Source: Guillardia theta CCMP2712 (Eukaryota; Protista; Cryptophyta). From it: a stretch of DNA of 64,000 nucleotides. Below are positions 52,572 to 64,000 of this stretch, piece after piece. Location of the stretch: contig NW_005434646.1 in the NCBI RefSeq assembly GCF_000315625.1, forward strand, positions 270,171-334,170, in the 5' to 3' direction. The position numbers and the translations under genes are program-made. Position 1 is the stretch's first letter; every line of letters starts with the position of its first letter. The notes beneath the pieces were generated by a model. That model was not told the origin of the DNA and did not search any database. It was given only the letters and a program-made list of their open reading frames with translations.

Positions 52572-53243
52572 ATGTTCCAGTCCCTCCTCGAAACCCAGCT
52601 CACCTTCGACACGATGTCCTCTCGCGCTCAGGTGAGACCATGAAAGTGCTTGCTTCAAACGCTCTTAGAAGATATTCTAGAATGCTCTATCGCATGAATT
52701 GTTCTTGTGTTGCTGTACATGTTGGCACTATACGACACTTGGTGCTGTTCCTGCCCGAGCTGCCTTACAATCCATGGATGGCCGATGTCTTTCTTGAAAC
52801 AAAAACACACATGTCCTCCTTCTTGTTATATCCTTCACCTTTGGATCGAGCTACTTTTCATATCAGATTACATGCTAGACATTCATCTCAAGGTAAAGGA
52901 GAAACTTGGGTTGTGCAATCATTTTGTTGAGTTTATCCATCTGATTGTCATTTATGAACCATCTTTGATGTATCCATAAATTTTGCATTGCAAACTTTTC
53001 AACACTGAAGTTCATTATAAATGCTTGATTAAGATGTGTAGAGTTTTTGTGTTCGTGTTGCTGCACATGTCTAGTACTGTCTGGTGGCAACGGTTGTCTA
53101 ACTGGTTTCGACAGAGGGCATTCGCGATTCAATTTTGCACCTCATCATTGAGAACTGAGATGGAGTCCAAGCACTGCTTGGAGAAGATCCTCGGACCGAA
53201 CTCCAACGGCCCTGTCAAGTATGCTGGTGCCTCTGAATGGTAA
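52572..53243 (+). CDS. Small two-exon protein (~62 aa)
   Basis: Strong Kozak GCCGCCATG; exon 1 MFQSLLETQLTFDTMSSRAQ ends at a CAG|GTGAGA donor; exon 2 from 53115 reads RAFAIQFCTSSLRTEMESKHCLEKILGPNSNGPVKYAGASEW* in phase. Confidence 0.6.
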
Positions 53244-55202
53244 GGCAAAATGGAGCTCGGTTCTTGCAATGGCTTGAAAAGGAAGCTTGCTATGTTGATT
53301 CATGAGATTATTGTTGGGCCACAGTTTCGTATTCAGGTGTTTGCAAATGCCTATTCTTAGACAGGGTCCCGGTGGTCTTTACTGAATCCTGATGAGCATT
53401 TCTGGTTTTCTTAAAATATAGACAGTTGTGAATACAAACGGTGGATGTGCATATTGCTTGTTTTGTGTTCAAGCAGATATCCATTCCTTCTTTAGCCGTC
53501 GAGCTTCAGTCGAGAGACCTAGCACGAACATTTCTTTGAGGCTCGAACTATCACGGTTGTAGAATTGCCCCATCATAGCGAAATGATGTTATATGTTGCA
53601 GTCTACACTCATCAGACTTGGATGGCCCTCATCCTGGTCAGAAGATGGAACACATGATTCTTGCTCCCCTCTGAGCTTCAATGGTGTGCTTACATATCGG
53701 AAGATTATAGAAGTATTCACTCATTCTTGTGAACAATTTACACTGCGTTTTACATATTGCACAGAACTAAGTCTACAGAAATCCTCAATCGAAATGCATT
53801 GTGTTTGATGGGGAGCACAGCATCTATCTAATCAAAAGTCGCCGTGCAACGCCTGCCACAAGGATCAGTGCTGATTGGTCAAAATTGAGTTTGTGCTGGT
53901 TGTATATAGCACAGGAGCTTTCCACCCCTTATGGATCGGAATTTGCAAAGCTAGGACTCTTATTATTTCAACTATCTTTGTGACATGCACTCACTTTTGT
54001 GGAGGTCAAGAGGACACTACAAGTTTGTTTGGAAGAGTGCAGGAGTAAGGACAGTACTATACCAAGGAAAGACAGGATGCGGGATGAGGATCAAATATAA
54101 GGAGGGAATCCATTCGAATACCAAAACAGAGGGAGCACACATATTGCAAACAATCAGTTGAAGGCGAAGTGAATGTCTGCGGATAGTCGCTTGCAGTTCC
54201 ATTGCATCGAGAACAGCAAGAAATCGAGTCCCCGCCGAGGCTGTATGCATCTGTGAATGCAGACCCCAGGTTATATACAAGAACCTGTCTGCCAGGAAAA
54301 TGCAAAAGTACAGGCAACGTGTCGTTCGACACTCATGGAGAAAACCTGATTGTGTATGCTAGGAACCTACGGGGCTATAGAGGGGCTGAGTAATCCTCGC
54401 AAGTTCCTACCAAACCATCTTCGCCGCTCCCTCCGTCTCCCTAGCCATCGCGGACTTACCTCGCTGCATGCTCAGGATGGTGCAAGAAGCAGACGAAATA
54501 TTACCACCCTGACCTCTTCATGAACTCTTGTATAATAGCATTAGTGAGTGATAATTTTAGTCTAAATATGTTGAAATGTTTTAGCTGAGTAGGTATTTCA
54601 AAATCGACATTTTAGTTACTGTAGGAAAAGATAACCCACCCCCTCATATCGCTTTGACCACCCCGAATTCTAGTCCACCCCCCGACGATTCAAACCCTGC
54701 GCCATGGCAGGTGATCAGTTGGTGTGGTGGTGAAGGATTAACGACGATACCATTGGCGAGAGAGCATGAGAGAGTCTGTGAGGGGGGAGTATGTGATGGG
54801 AGAGAAGTCCTGATGACAGCGCTACCCTCAAGAACATCATCCTCCCAGAGAGAACTGAAGTTACAATTGAAAAGCCTTCGTCTCACTGGAACTTCAGCGA
54901 TCAAGCAATATCTTTTAGAGATATCCTGTGCTGCCAGATAGAATGCGTTTGTTTAGGGATTTAAATTTGAATGTTCCGGTGTATAGATTACTCTAGTCTT
55001 CATCTTGAAGATCTTACAAGGGCATGGCAGGCGAAATCATGAATCTGGAAGCTTTCTTCAGTCTTTAGTGAGATAGTGCCTGGATGTTCATTTCTCGTGG
55101 ATATCATCTACTCTGTACGAGTGCTTCCCTCTGCTAGATAAGGCCTGCAACCAAAATCTACGTGTTTGTCGCCGTGTCGAACAGTGAATAATCAGCACCA
55201 CC

Positions 55203-58200
55203 ATGGATGCTTACTCCAGAATCAAAAAGATCGGAGAGGTAAGATAATGGTGAATGATTGTCGACCTTTTGACGTCTCTTAGGGTGCAATGGGGTCTGCT
55301 ACTCTTGTCCAACACGTTGATTCTCAAGATTTGGTAGATCTTTTTGAATTGTTGCATTCCATCGAGACTTACCACGGGAAACACAGTTTGTTGTGAAGGA
55401 GATCAATGTGAAAGGACTCTCAGACAAGGACAGGAGAGAAGCATTGAAGGTATCGCTCAATATTGGGCCGAGAATGCCTTCACTCCTCGTGGAGCCTCAT
55501 GATGTTCCAGGAGGTTGAAGTTTTGAAGAAGCTGCGGCATCCGAACATCATCAGTATGCATGAGGTCGTGGAACACGTGGCGGAGAAGAATTATCCATGA
55601 CAATATCACAGGCGTTCATTGAGGGAGGGAACCTCAACATCCTGATGGAATACGCGGATGCGGGAGATTTAGCACAGCTGCTGCACAATGCGAGAGGAAG
55701 GCCCTTCAAGGAGGAGCGCGTCCTGGACTTGTTCGTTCAGATTTGTCTTGGTATGCATCATGTGCACTCTCAGAACATCTTGCATCGAGATCTCAAGACT
55801 GCAAACATTCTCCTGACCAGGCAAGGAATCATCAAACTTGCAGACTTTGGTATCGCAAGAGTGATGAGCTCGGAGACGGACATGGCCAAGACCATGATCG
55901 GTAGCGACGACTTGCCCTTGCCTTTGAAGTCTGACTCTCTCCCCGCAGGCACCCCCTACTATCTCTCCCCTGAGATATGTGAAGATCGCCCTTACAACCA
56001 CAAGAGCGACATCTGGTCCCTGGGCTGCGTCCTGTACGAGCTGCTGACACTCCGACACGCCTTCGAGGCGAAATCTCTCTCTGCTCTGATCCTTAAGATC
56101 ATCCGCGGGAAATTCTCTCCTGTCTCGAGCTCCTACAGCAGGGAAGTGCGTTCATTGGTCGATTCCATGCTTCAAAACAGCCCTGCTGCTCGGCCGAGCA
56201 TAGCCAGCATCCTCACTCTCAGCTTCCTCAAAGGCTACGTTTCCTCCCATACCTCAACGTGGGATTGCCTGTCGGACAAGGACGTGGAGGAGGGAGGGGA
56301 GGGTCAGCAGAATGAGGTTCAGATCGAAGAGGAGAATTCTCGAAGACAGGTCTCGGAATTCGAGAAGGAGAACGGGGCGCCAGCCCGCGCTCGCATCCCC
56401 AAGTTGGATTTCAACGGCCTGCGGGGTGGGAGGAGTGAAGGGAACGATGAGAAGGCAAAGAAGGCGAATCAGGCCCAGCCAAGGAACCACGTTCACTCTG
56501 ATCGAAAATGGAGACAGTCAAGAGAGGGAGAGGAGGTGCGGCAGGGAGAGACTGAGCAGCAGCCGGTGAAGGTGTCAGCACGGAAGTCTCTGGGGTCTCA
56601 TGATGTCAATGACGGGAGGAACGAACTGCAGTCGCCCTCCTCGAGGATGAAGTGCAATGAGAGATTCTCTTTGGGGGGAAAGGTCAACATGTCTCCTGCC
56701 GAATGGATGGCGGAGATGCATGCAAGGATAGACAGGGTGGGGCGAGGAGAGTGGAAGAGGAGCTTTTTTGACTGAGGTGTCAATGCAGGTGAAAGATGAT
56801 CTACAAGGAAGAAGGAGGGAAGATGTAAGCTTGCCCTTTTAGAAGCTACACTGTTCACCATGTGCTTGTAGGTTGCTTCAGCGCAGAAGAAAAAGGGAGA
56901 AGAGGAGGAAGAGGGAGATGGGAAAGTGTTCCGCCCTCCCTTCTTCTTGGACAACTACGACTCAGATCAGAACGTCTGCATGAGCATCGACTTCAACGGG
57001 GAGGGCGAGGACGCGTCACGGATGGGCGTGCCTGGAGACAAGGTGAGCAGCTCAGGTGAAGTTGTCGTGCACTTGACTGTTGAATGTCAAATGCAGCAGG
57101 GTCCAAAGGGACGACATCATTTCAACGACGGTATCGTCCTCGTTTCCTCCCTCCTCCCTCCTGTAGCTAACCATTTCTCCTCCTCCTCCCTTCTTCTTCT
57201 GCTCTTTTCTCCACTGTGATCGTGATCCGGATGCAGATGGAGCTTTGCTCTCTCCACAAACAAGATCTCGTCCTCCTATCAACAGGTCCTGATCTCTCCG
57301 TCCTTTCACTTCAGCCCCCGTCCCTCTCATCCTCTGACGTGCTCTCGATGCGATTTCTGCAGAGCGCTGAGGAAGAGGGAGTCGGATCAGTGGAACTTCG
57401 AGCACCATGAAGGAGGCGAGAGGAGCGGAGGAGAAGAGAAGCCGGCTTCCGAGCAGGGAGACAGTGCCTGCTCTTCAGGACGAGAGATGCGAGCTCGAGC
57501 TCTGGCAGAGGCGGAGAGGAGGTAACGAACACCTCTGCTCCCTCGCACTCCTTGAACTCTCCTGTGCAGAGCAAACTTAGCAAAGAAGCTGCAAAATCAG
57601 AGGATTCCAGCTACAGGGGATGCTGGCCAATCAGACGGGAATCGGAGGATGTCGAACCCCTCCAAAGCACCCAAGAAAGGAGGGGTAGGCGACGCCTGCG
57701 GAAAGAAGGAGGAGGCGAAGAAGACTTCAGTCGGAGTAAACAAGGGCAGGAGCAACCCCGTCCTTTCTGCGGAAGATATGAAGCTGCGGCAGAAAGAGCA
57801 TAAGGAGAAGTTGAGAGTGAGATGCCTATATTATCTCAAGCCTTGTGATGGCGATGGCGATGCGCTGTAATCCGATTACTGATATGATAATGATGGTGAT
57901 GATGATGGTGATGAGGACGACGACAATGATGATGGTTTACAAGTGGAAGGATCATAGACAAGGCTTGACATCTATGTGTTGACTTGTTGTGCTTGCAGGC
58001 GGTCAGGTCAAAAATCTCTCTGGGCGATTCGCCTTTCTCTCCACGCAACCACGCGAGCAAAGGAAGCGGAGACCGGGTGGCTCAGGAGGAGGAGAAGGGG
58101 GGGAGGGAGATGTCGGAATTCAAGCAGAAGAAAGGAGGCCTGAAGTTCGACGTGGAGATCGCGAGCTCAGAGATCAAGAGGACGGGGAGTGAAGGGCAAA

Positions 58201-59994
58201 AGTCGAGTAACGCGGCAGACGCGAGTACTGAGGAAGAAGGAGGGAAGGGAAAGAAGATGTCCTTGGCAGAAGTGATCAGGCGGGGGAGAGAGCAGCGAAA
58301 GGAGAGTGGCACACAGGTAGGAGGGAGGAACGGACTTGAAGTTGATAATTGAGACGCTGATTGAGATGATGATGATGATGATTATGATGATGATGATGAC
58401 GACGACGATGATCATTTGCAAGGCAACATCTTGGTAGAGCAGATCAGCGATGAAGTTTGATGTATGATGGAGATGGGGGGTAATATATATGATGGAGATG
58501 TTTCACGTATGTTGAAGATGTAATTGTTGTTACTAAATCATGATGGACTTGCAGGATGTTCCAACGGAGATCGTGTGCTCCAACGTTCCATCTCAGGGTC
58601 TGAGGACGATAGAGGAAATGCGTCCTCAAGACTCCATCGACGTTCTTTGTCACTTGCCTCTGAGACTGCAAGGTCAGCTTCTCCTCCCTCCTTCCCTCCC
58701 TTACTCACCCTCCTCCTCCGTCCTTCTCTCTCTTGCCTTGTTATCTTCCTTGTTCGCATGCTGTCTATCAACCTGCTCCCTGCTCCCTGCTGTCTCCTTC
58801 CTCTAATCGATCATGCTGATCCCTCAGCGTATCCGGCAATCCAGGAGCCGAAAGCTCTCGGTCTGCTCCCCTTGTCTCTCCTTCTTCCTCCTCACTTGCT
58901 CGCCAGGCGCCCATCGGGACTTCCAGCCAGATGAGGAGGAGACAACACAGGGGGAGGTCGACGAAGAAGGAAGGACTTCCCCTGCTGAACCCGCAGCTGC
59001 GATACTCCCGGTTGGCTTTGCGGGAAAGACTCGCAAGACTCTCAAAGATATACGACACCTGCACAGGTTTCAACTCTTTCTCCTCGTCCTCCTCGTCCTC
59101 CCCCTCCCCCTCCCCCTCCCCCTCTTATCCACCTCTCGCTCGTGGTCTGCTGTTGCACTGGCACACCATTCTCATCCTCGCCTGCTGCACCTGCTGTGCC
59201 TTTCCCTCTCTTGCTCCTCTCATTCTGCTTTGCTGCTGCCCCTCCTGCCCTTCCTGTTCCTCACGATCTGCAAGTGGTAGACTGATGAGGTGCTCCTGCA
59301 GTTCGCCCGAGCTCACAGAGATGTTGGGGGGGATGAGCGTCCCGGAGGAGGCGAAGGAAGCGAGCGAGGGAGAGGAGAAGCGTTTCCCTCCGCTGGTCGA
59401 GAAGGAGGAGAAGGAGATGGCTTCCTCCTCTTCGCTGATCCCGTCGGAGATGATTGAGAAGATGCGGCACAATTGCGAGCAAGTGAGTTCCCTCAATGGT
59501 CCTTCCCCCTCCTGCCCGTCTCCTCCCTCCTCCTTCACCTTCCCTGGACCTCTCCCTCCTCCTCCTCACCGCCTGACCTCGCTTGCAGTCTCTCGGTCTG
59601 AGCCTCTTCCTCGACGTCTATCACAATCTTCGAGCCAGTCACGACGGCTCTAATGCTCTCCCCGTGAGACTGATTCCTCCTCCCCCTTTCCCCCCCCCTT
59701 CCCTCCTTCCTCCCTCCCTTCCTCCCTCCCTCCTCCCTCCCTCCTACCCGTTCCTCCTCCTCATTCCTCCCTCTCCTCATTCCTCCCTCCTCGTTCCTCC
59801 TCCCTCCCTCCCCTTCCACCTTCTCCCTCTTCTCTCCTCTCTTCCCTCACCATCTCGCTCACACCCTTCGGTTCTCTGCCTTGACCGATGGACAGGGTGA
59901 AGTGCTCGACCGGCTCGGGGAGGAGCGACTGCCGATGATCAAGGAAGTGGCGAAACTTATCCAGAAGGAGGAGGACGTGTACCTGCAGCACTAA
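55203..59994 (+). CDS. NIMA-related (NEK) serine/threonine kinase
   Basis: MDAYSRIKKIGEGAMG, VVKEI, EVEVLKKLRHPNII, LHRDLKTANILL, ADFGIAR, IGTPYYLSPEICEDRPYNHKSDIWSLGC; NEK1-like C-terminus IEKMRHNCEQSLGLSLFLDVY ending QKEEDVYLQH*. Confidence 0.9.
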
Positions 59995-60099
59995 GGAGGA
60001 GGAGGAGGAGGAGGAGGAGGAGGAGGAGGAGGGTTGTAACACTAGATTGTTTATATTGAGGGGAAGGACAGGAGGTAGAGGCTGCAGCCAGAGGAGAGA

Positions 60100-62055
60100 A
60101 GAATTGTAAAAGGACTTACGACCTTGATCCTCGTCATGTCGTAGCTGCCGCAAGTGGTGTTAGAGACAGGAAAGAGAGAATGAGCAAGTCCAGGAGGAAG
60201 GGAGGGAGGAGGGAACGAGGATTGGGACTGGTAGGGGGGAGGGGGAGGGGGGTGGGGGCTGGGACGGGGCATTGAAGGGCAGGAGGGAATTATCATGCCC
60301 GTACCTGAAGGGCTCGAGGATAGACGAACAAAGAGTGACGCTACGGGTGCACTGCCCTCCTCTCCTACGAGGACGCGAATCATGGCCGTCCTCCTTCCTC
60401 GCAGCTCAATAACTCACCACAACTTGAGCTCAAGATCGTCGGAAAGAGACGCGACCAGGTCAGGTAGGAGGACGTCGAAGCACCTCATCTGCATCTTGTC
60501 AAGTCTCTTCCCTTCCTCCTCCTCCTCCCCATCCTTCTCCACTCCCTCTTCCTAGCCCCCACCTTCCTCCTCCTCCTCTTTACCCCCTCCCACCCTTCTC
60601 CTCCTCTTTACCCCTTCCCACCCTCCTCTTGTTCCTCTCTCCTCACCTTACGCGTGTGTCCTCCCAACCTCGAGAAGCGAATGTCGTCTGCTTCTTTGCC
60701 TTCTCGCCCCTCCTTGCCCGCAACGAGGATGTCGGCCCCCTCTACATAAGCTATCTTGTCTCCCTCCCTGCTCCATACAGTCCCGTGTCACCTCCTCCTC
60801 CATACCCCTCGCTCCTCCCTCCCTCCATCCATCCCCACCAGAATCTCGCATCTCCCGAAGACTGCATCTTCGACTCCAGTAGGCAAGAAGAGGTTCCAAG
60901 GCTCCAGACCTCAACGCCGGTGAAGCTGGGAGCATGCTCAGTCGTGAAGGAGAGAAGGAGGAGAAAGAAGGGAGGAGAAAGAAAGGAGGAGAAAGCAGAA
61001 AGGAGAAAGCAGGGGAGACAGCAGACAAGGAAAGAGGTTGATGAGCACAGGAGGTAAGGAGGTAGGGAGGAAGTCAACAGCAGGAGCCCGTCTACCTCTC
61101 CTCACTCGCCCTGTTCTTGCGTGATGACATCAGAACTTTTCCGTCCACATGTTCTGATGTGCAGGAATCATTCAAGGGCAACAGGAACCACAAGAGGCAC
61201 CTGAGAAGTCGCTTTCCCCATCACCGGCATCTCCTCCTTCTCCCTTCACTTGCTCTTTTTCTTCCGCAACAAACTGCACAGGGATGTTGTGAAGTTTACA
61301 GCCAATGCGGAGTTTCTTGGAGGTTTTTCTGTCCTCTTATCATCAAAATCTGAGCCTTTTCCATCCCAGCAGAAACATTGCGAGGATCAACATCAGAGAT
61401 GACACTTCTGTGGGTACCGCGAGAAGGACACAATGGAAGACAAGAAGTAGTAGTAACAGGAGGAGGAGGAGGAGGAGAGGGGAGAGGGGAGAGGGGAGAG
61501 GGGAGAGGGGAGAAGAACAGGGGATGGAGCGGGTAAGGCAACAAACCTCTCTAGGTCAAACAGCTGACTCCATCCCTGGGGGATGCGTTAGCAGTGAAAG
61601 GAGCCCTCCCCTTCACCTGTCCTCTCGTGAAGATGAGACAGAACTTGCTGCTCTGCAAGGTGCAGTTGAGCATCCGGGTGGCCTGCCGTCCTCGTGATCG
61701 GAGGCTCCTGCGCGCTTCCTCTGCCCACCTCAGACTGACATCTCTTGAAGTCAAAGGTCTCGCCGTCCCTGCTCGACCTCGTCAGGAACGAGCTCTCGCC
61801 GCCATGCTGGTACAAGTTGTCCCCGGTGACGACGTCCGCTATCCGCCATCCCTTGGAGAACCTGAGGCAGCAGCGAACGGTCGGCTCTCCTCACCCCCTC
61901 CTCCCAGCATGTCTCACCGGTCCCCGAACGTACAGAAGAGATGGGTAGCGGAGGTATCCATGCTGGTGACTGGCTTGACAAGGAGTTAGCGGTCAAGAGG
62001 GACGAGAAGGAAAAGAGCAGGAGGAAAAGCAGGAAAGCGTTGGACAGGCTGGGGG

Positions 62056-62146
<91 letters not shown>

Positions 62147-62599
62147 GTCCTCACCTCCCCGGGTAGATTCGCGAGCTCTGTGCTCTTGCTGTCCTGCTGG
62201 CCCTGCATCAGCTCTGATCTAGAGCATGCCCCCATACCTCAGTTGCCTCCTTCATCCTCCACGCGCAGACCCTCCCGTTGATCGTTCCCTGCCATGAGCG
62301 ATGCTAAGGAGCGAGTCATGCCAGAGCCTCGCACGCTACCGTGAAGACGAGCAGGTCCTGTGCCATGCAGAAGCAGGAGATGGGCTGCGACAGCATGCAA
62401 TGAGCGACCTCTTCACCTCATGCTCCCTCCTCTCACGTCTCCCATAGGCTCTTGCGCCACCCTCCTGGGCTTCAGGCGATCTCTCCATCCTTGCATGATG
62501 GCAACCGGCGGCGACCATCACAAGCTCGACCGGGTGCGACTGAGTCGTTTCCCTCGCCTCCTCATGCTCTCTCGACGAGCCTCCTCTCTTAGCGTCCAT
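60100..62599 (-). CDS. Probable WD40/beta-propeller protein (multi-exon)
   Basis: Spliced segments QPISCFCMAQDLLVFT/GTINGRVCAW, PVTSMDTSATHLFCTFGD, GVEVWSL, LGGHTR, LVASLSDDLELKL. Boundaries approximate. Confidence 0.5.
62057..62146. repeat. (GGACGA)n hexamer microsatellite
   Basis: Direct reading; intronic. Confidence 0.95.
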
Positions 62600-62879
62600 G
62601 TCAGACCAACTTCCGTCCCTCCTCGCTCCTCCCTCCTCGCTCCTCCCTCCTCGCTCCTCCCTCCTCGCTCCTCCTTCCCCCCTCCCCCCTCCTCTCTCCT
62701 TCCCCTCCCTACCTCGCCGAACTTGCCCCGACCAATCTCCCCCTGCCGCAGCCTTCACCAAACAATAAAAAACAATAAAATTGACAAAAAACTAAAGGAA
62801 AAGTATTGAACCTACGTCGAATCCTACTTGAGATCCCATAGAGCTCCACATAATTTCCCCCACCAGCTGCCCCCATTCC

Positions 62880-62940
62880 TTCCGCCTCCGCCTCCTCCGC
62901 CTCCTCCGCCTCCTCCGCCTCCTCCGCCTCCTCCGCCTCC
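62880..62940. repeat. (CCTCCTCCG)n repeat
   Basis: Direct reading. Confidence 0.85.
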
Positions 62941-63105
62941 CTGTCCCCTCCTCCTCTCCTCCCTCTCCACTCGAGTAGAAACTCTTCCCCCCTCCCCCTC
63001 TTCCCCCCTCGTCCAGCTCCATCCCACGCTCCTCCGCTCGGCTCCCCTTCCTCCCTTCCCCGCGCCGCGCTTCCCCTAAGAATGATCTGAGGCCAGAGGT
63101 TCAGC

Positions 63106-64000
63106 ATGGACGAGCAAGCGGCGAGGGAGCTGGAGGTGGTATCGCACGAGATGCGGACGTTCCTGAGGGAGGACGTGGAGAGGATCTGCAGGGAGGCGAT
63201 GGAGATGGTGAACGAGGTCAGCATGCACCTCAAGTGTACCGAGCTGTACAAGGACAAGGACGGGGGTTTGGTGGCGGCGGAGGAGGGGAGCATGCTATTT
63301 CTCGAGAGCGACGACAAGACTGTGGTCGGCTCGTTGCGCATCTCAGACTGCCATGTCCACGACTTCGACGTGAACGTCAGGTTCCCCAAGTACAACAAGG
63401 GAGGCAACATGCAGTTCACCATCGCGCACAAGTTCACCTACACCCTCCGGCAGATCCAGGACGCGCTCCACTACATCGAGAGGGCAGGAGGCATGCTCGT
63501 TCACCTGCCCCACCTGGAGGGAGCAGGTGATCCGACATGGAGAGAGCTCCTCCCTTACATGCGCAAGATCACCAAGGTACGTCCCAGCCCTCCTCCTCCT
63601 CGGGGCCCTGAGAGGGAAGAACTCATCCTCCCGCAGGTATGCTCCGACATCGTCGAGCTGCTGCTCAAGGCCGTGACTGAGCTGAACGACTGGAGCACTA
63701 GGGTGGCGTCTCTCTCTCCTGCCCCCTCGAGCCTCACTGACCCGCATGCGCAGGCCCTCCCGTCCCTCCCGCAGAACTGGTTGCGGATGGAGCCTGCGCT
63801 ACCATCCGACCTTCTCCTCCAGGCAGCGCCGCGAGCTCGCTGCTCCATCCTCACGTCCTTCGTTGCAGATGTACCTCAGAGGCTCCACCCTCACCCTCCG
63901 CGTCTGCATCCTCGCCATGCATGCCAAATGCCCGTCTAACAAAGCAGAGGTTCGAAGAGGACCTCCCTCCCTCCCTCCCTCCCTCCCTCCCTCCCTCCCT
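63106..64000 (+). CDS. Rogdi/RAVE subunit 2-like protein (runs off window end)
   Basis: EMRTFLREDV..VVGSLRISDCHVHDFDVNVRFPK..YTLRQIQDALHYI resembles the Rogdi family (EFxWLLxEEV..WxLQQIQDAxNH). Confidence 0.65.

Noticed and set aside
53400-54469. Possible minus-strand Cys-containing multi-exon gene (ATGCAGCGAG|GTAAG start)
   Set aside because: Splice-like signals exist, but I could not assemble a consistent reading frame or recognise a domain.

Overview
Gene-dense eukaryotic nuclear DNA with many ~45-55 nt GT-AG introns, purine/pyrimidine-skewed microsatellite introns and one 100-N assembly gap. The style suggests a cryptophyte alga such as Guillardia theta; this is inferred, not verified. 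About 22 protein-coding genes and one tRNA-Pro(TGG) were found. Recognisable genes are a DUF4116-repeat protein, CEP164, a HIRAN protein, a signal-peptide ankyrin protein, a CUE-Smr nuclease, GH20 hexosaminidase, Mpv17/PMP22, RNase III, an alpha/beta hydrolase, LSM1, a HEAT protein, GH36 alpha-galactosidase, UBLCP1, a NEK kinase, a WD40-like protein and a Rogdi-like protein. Three elements stand out. (1) A multi-transmembrane protein with a bacterial-type STING domain (14102-15336, minus). (2) An intronless NLR-like protein with a putative caspase-like His/Cys domain, NACHT, pentapeptide and near-identical WD40 repeats, next to the tRNA (23940-27266, minus). (3) A divergent eIF5B paralogue with altered G1/switch-I residues whose domain IV is replaced by spliced-in ankyrin repeats (42515-46562, minus). 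Exon boundaries were read by eye and all family assignments rest on recalled motifs; no searches were run.
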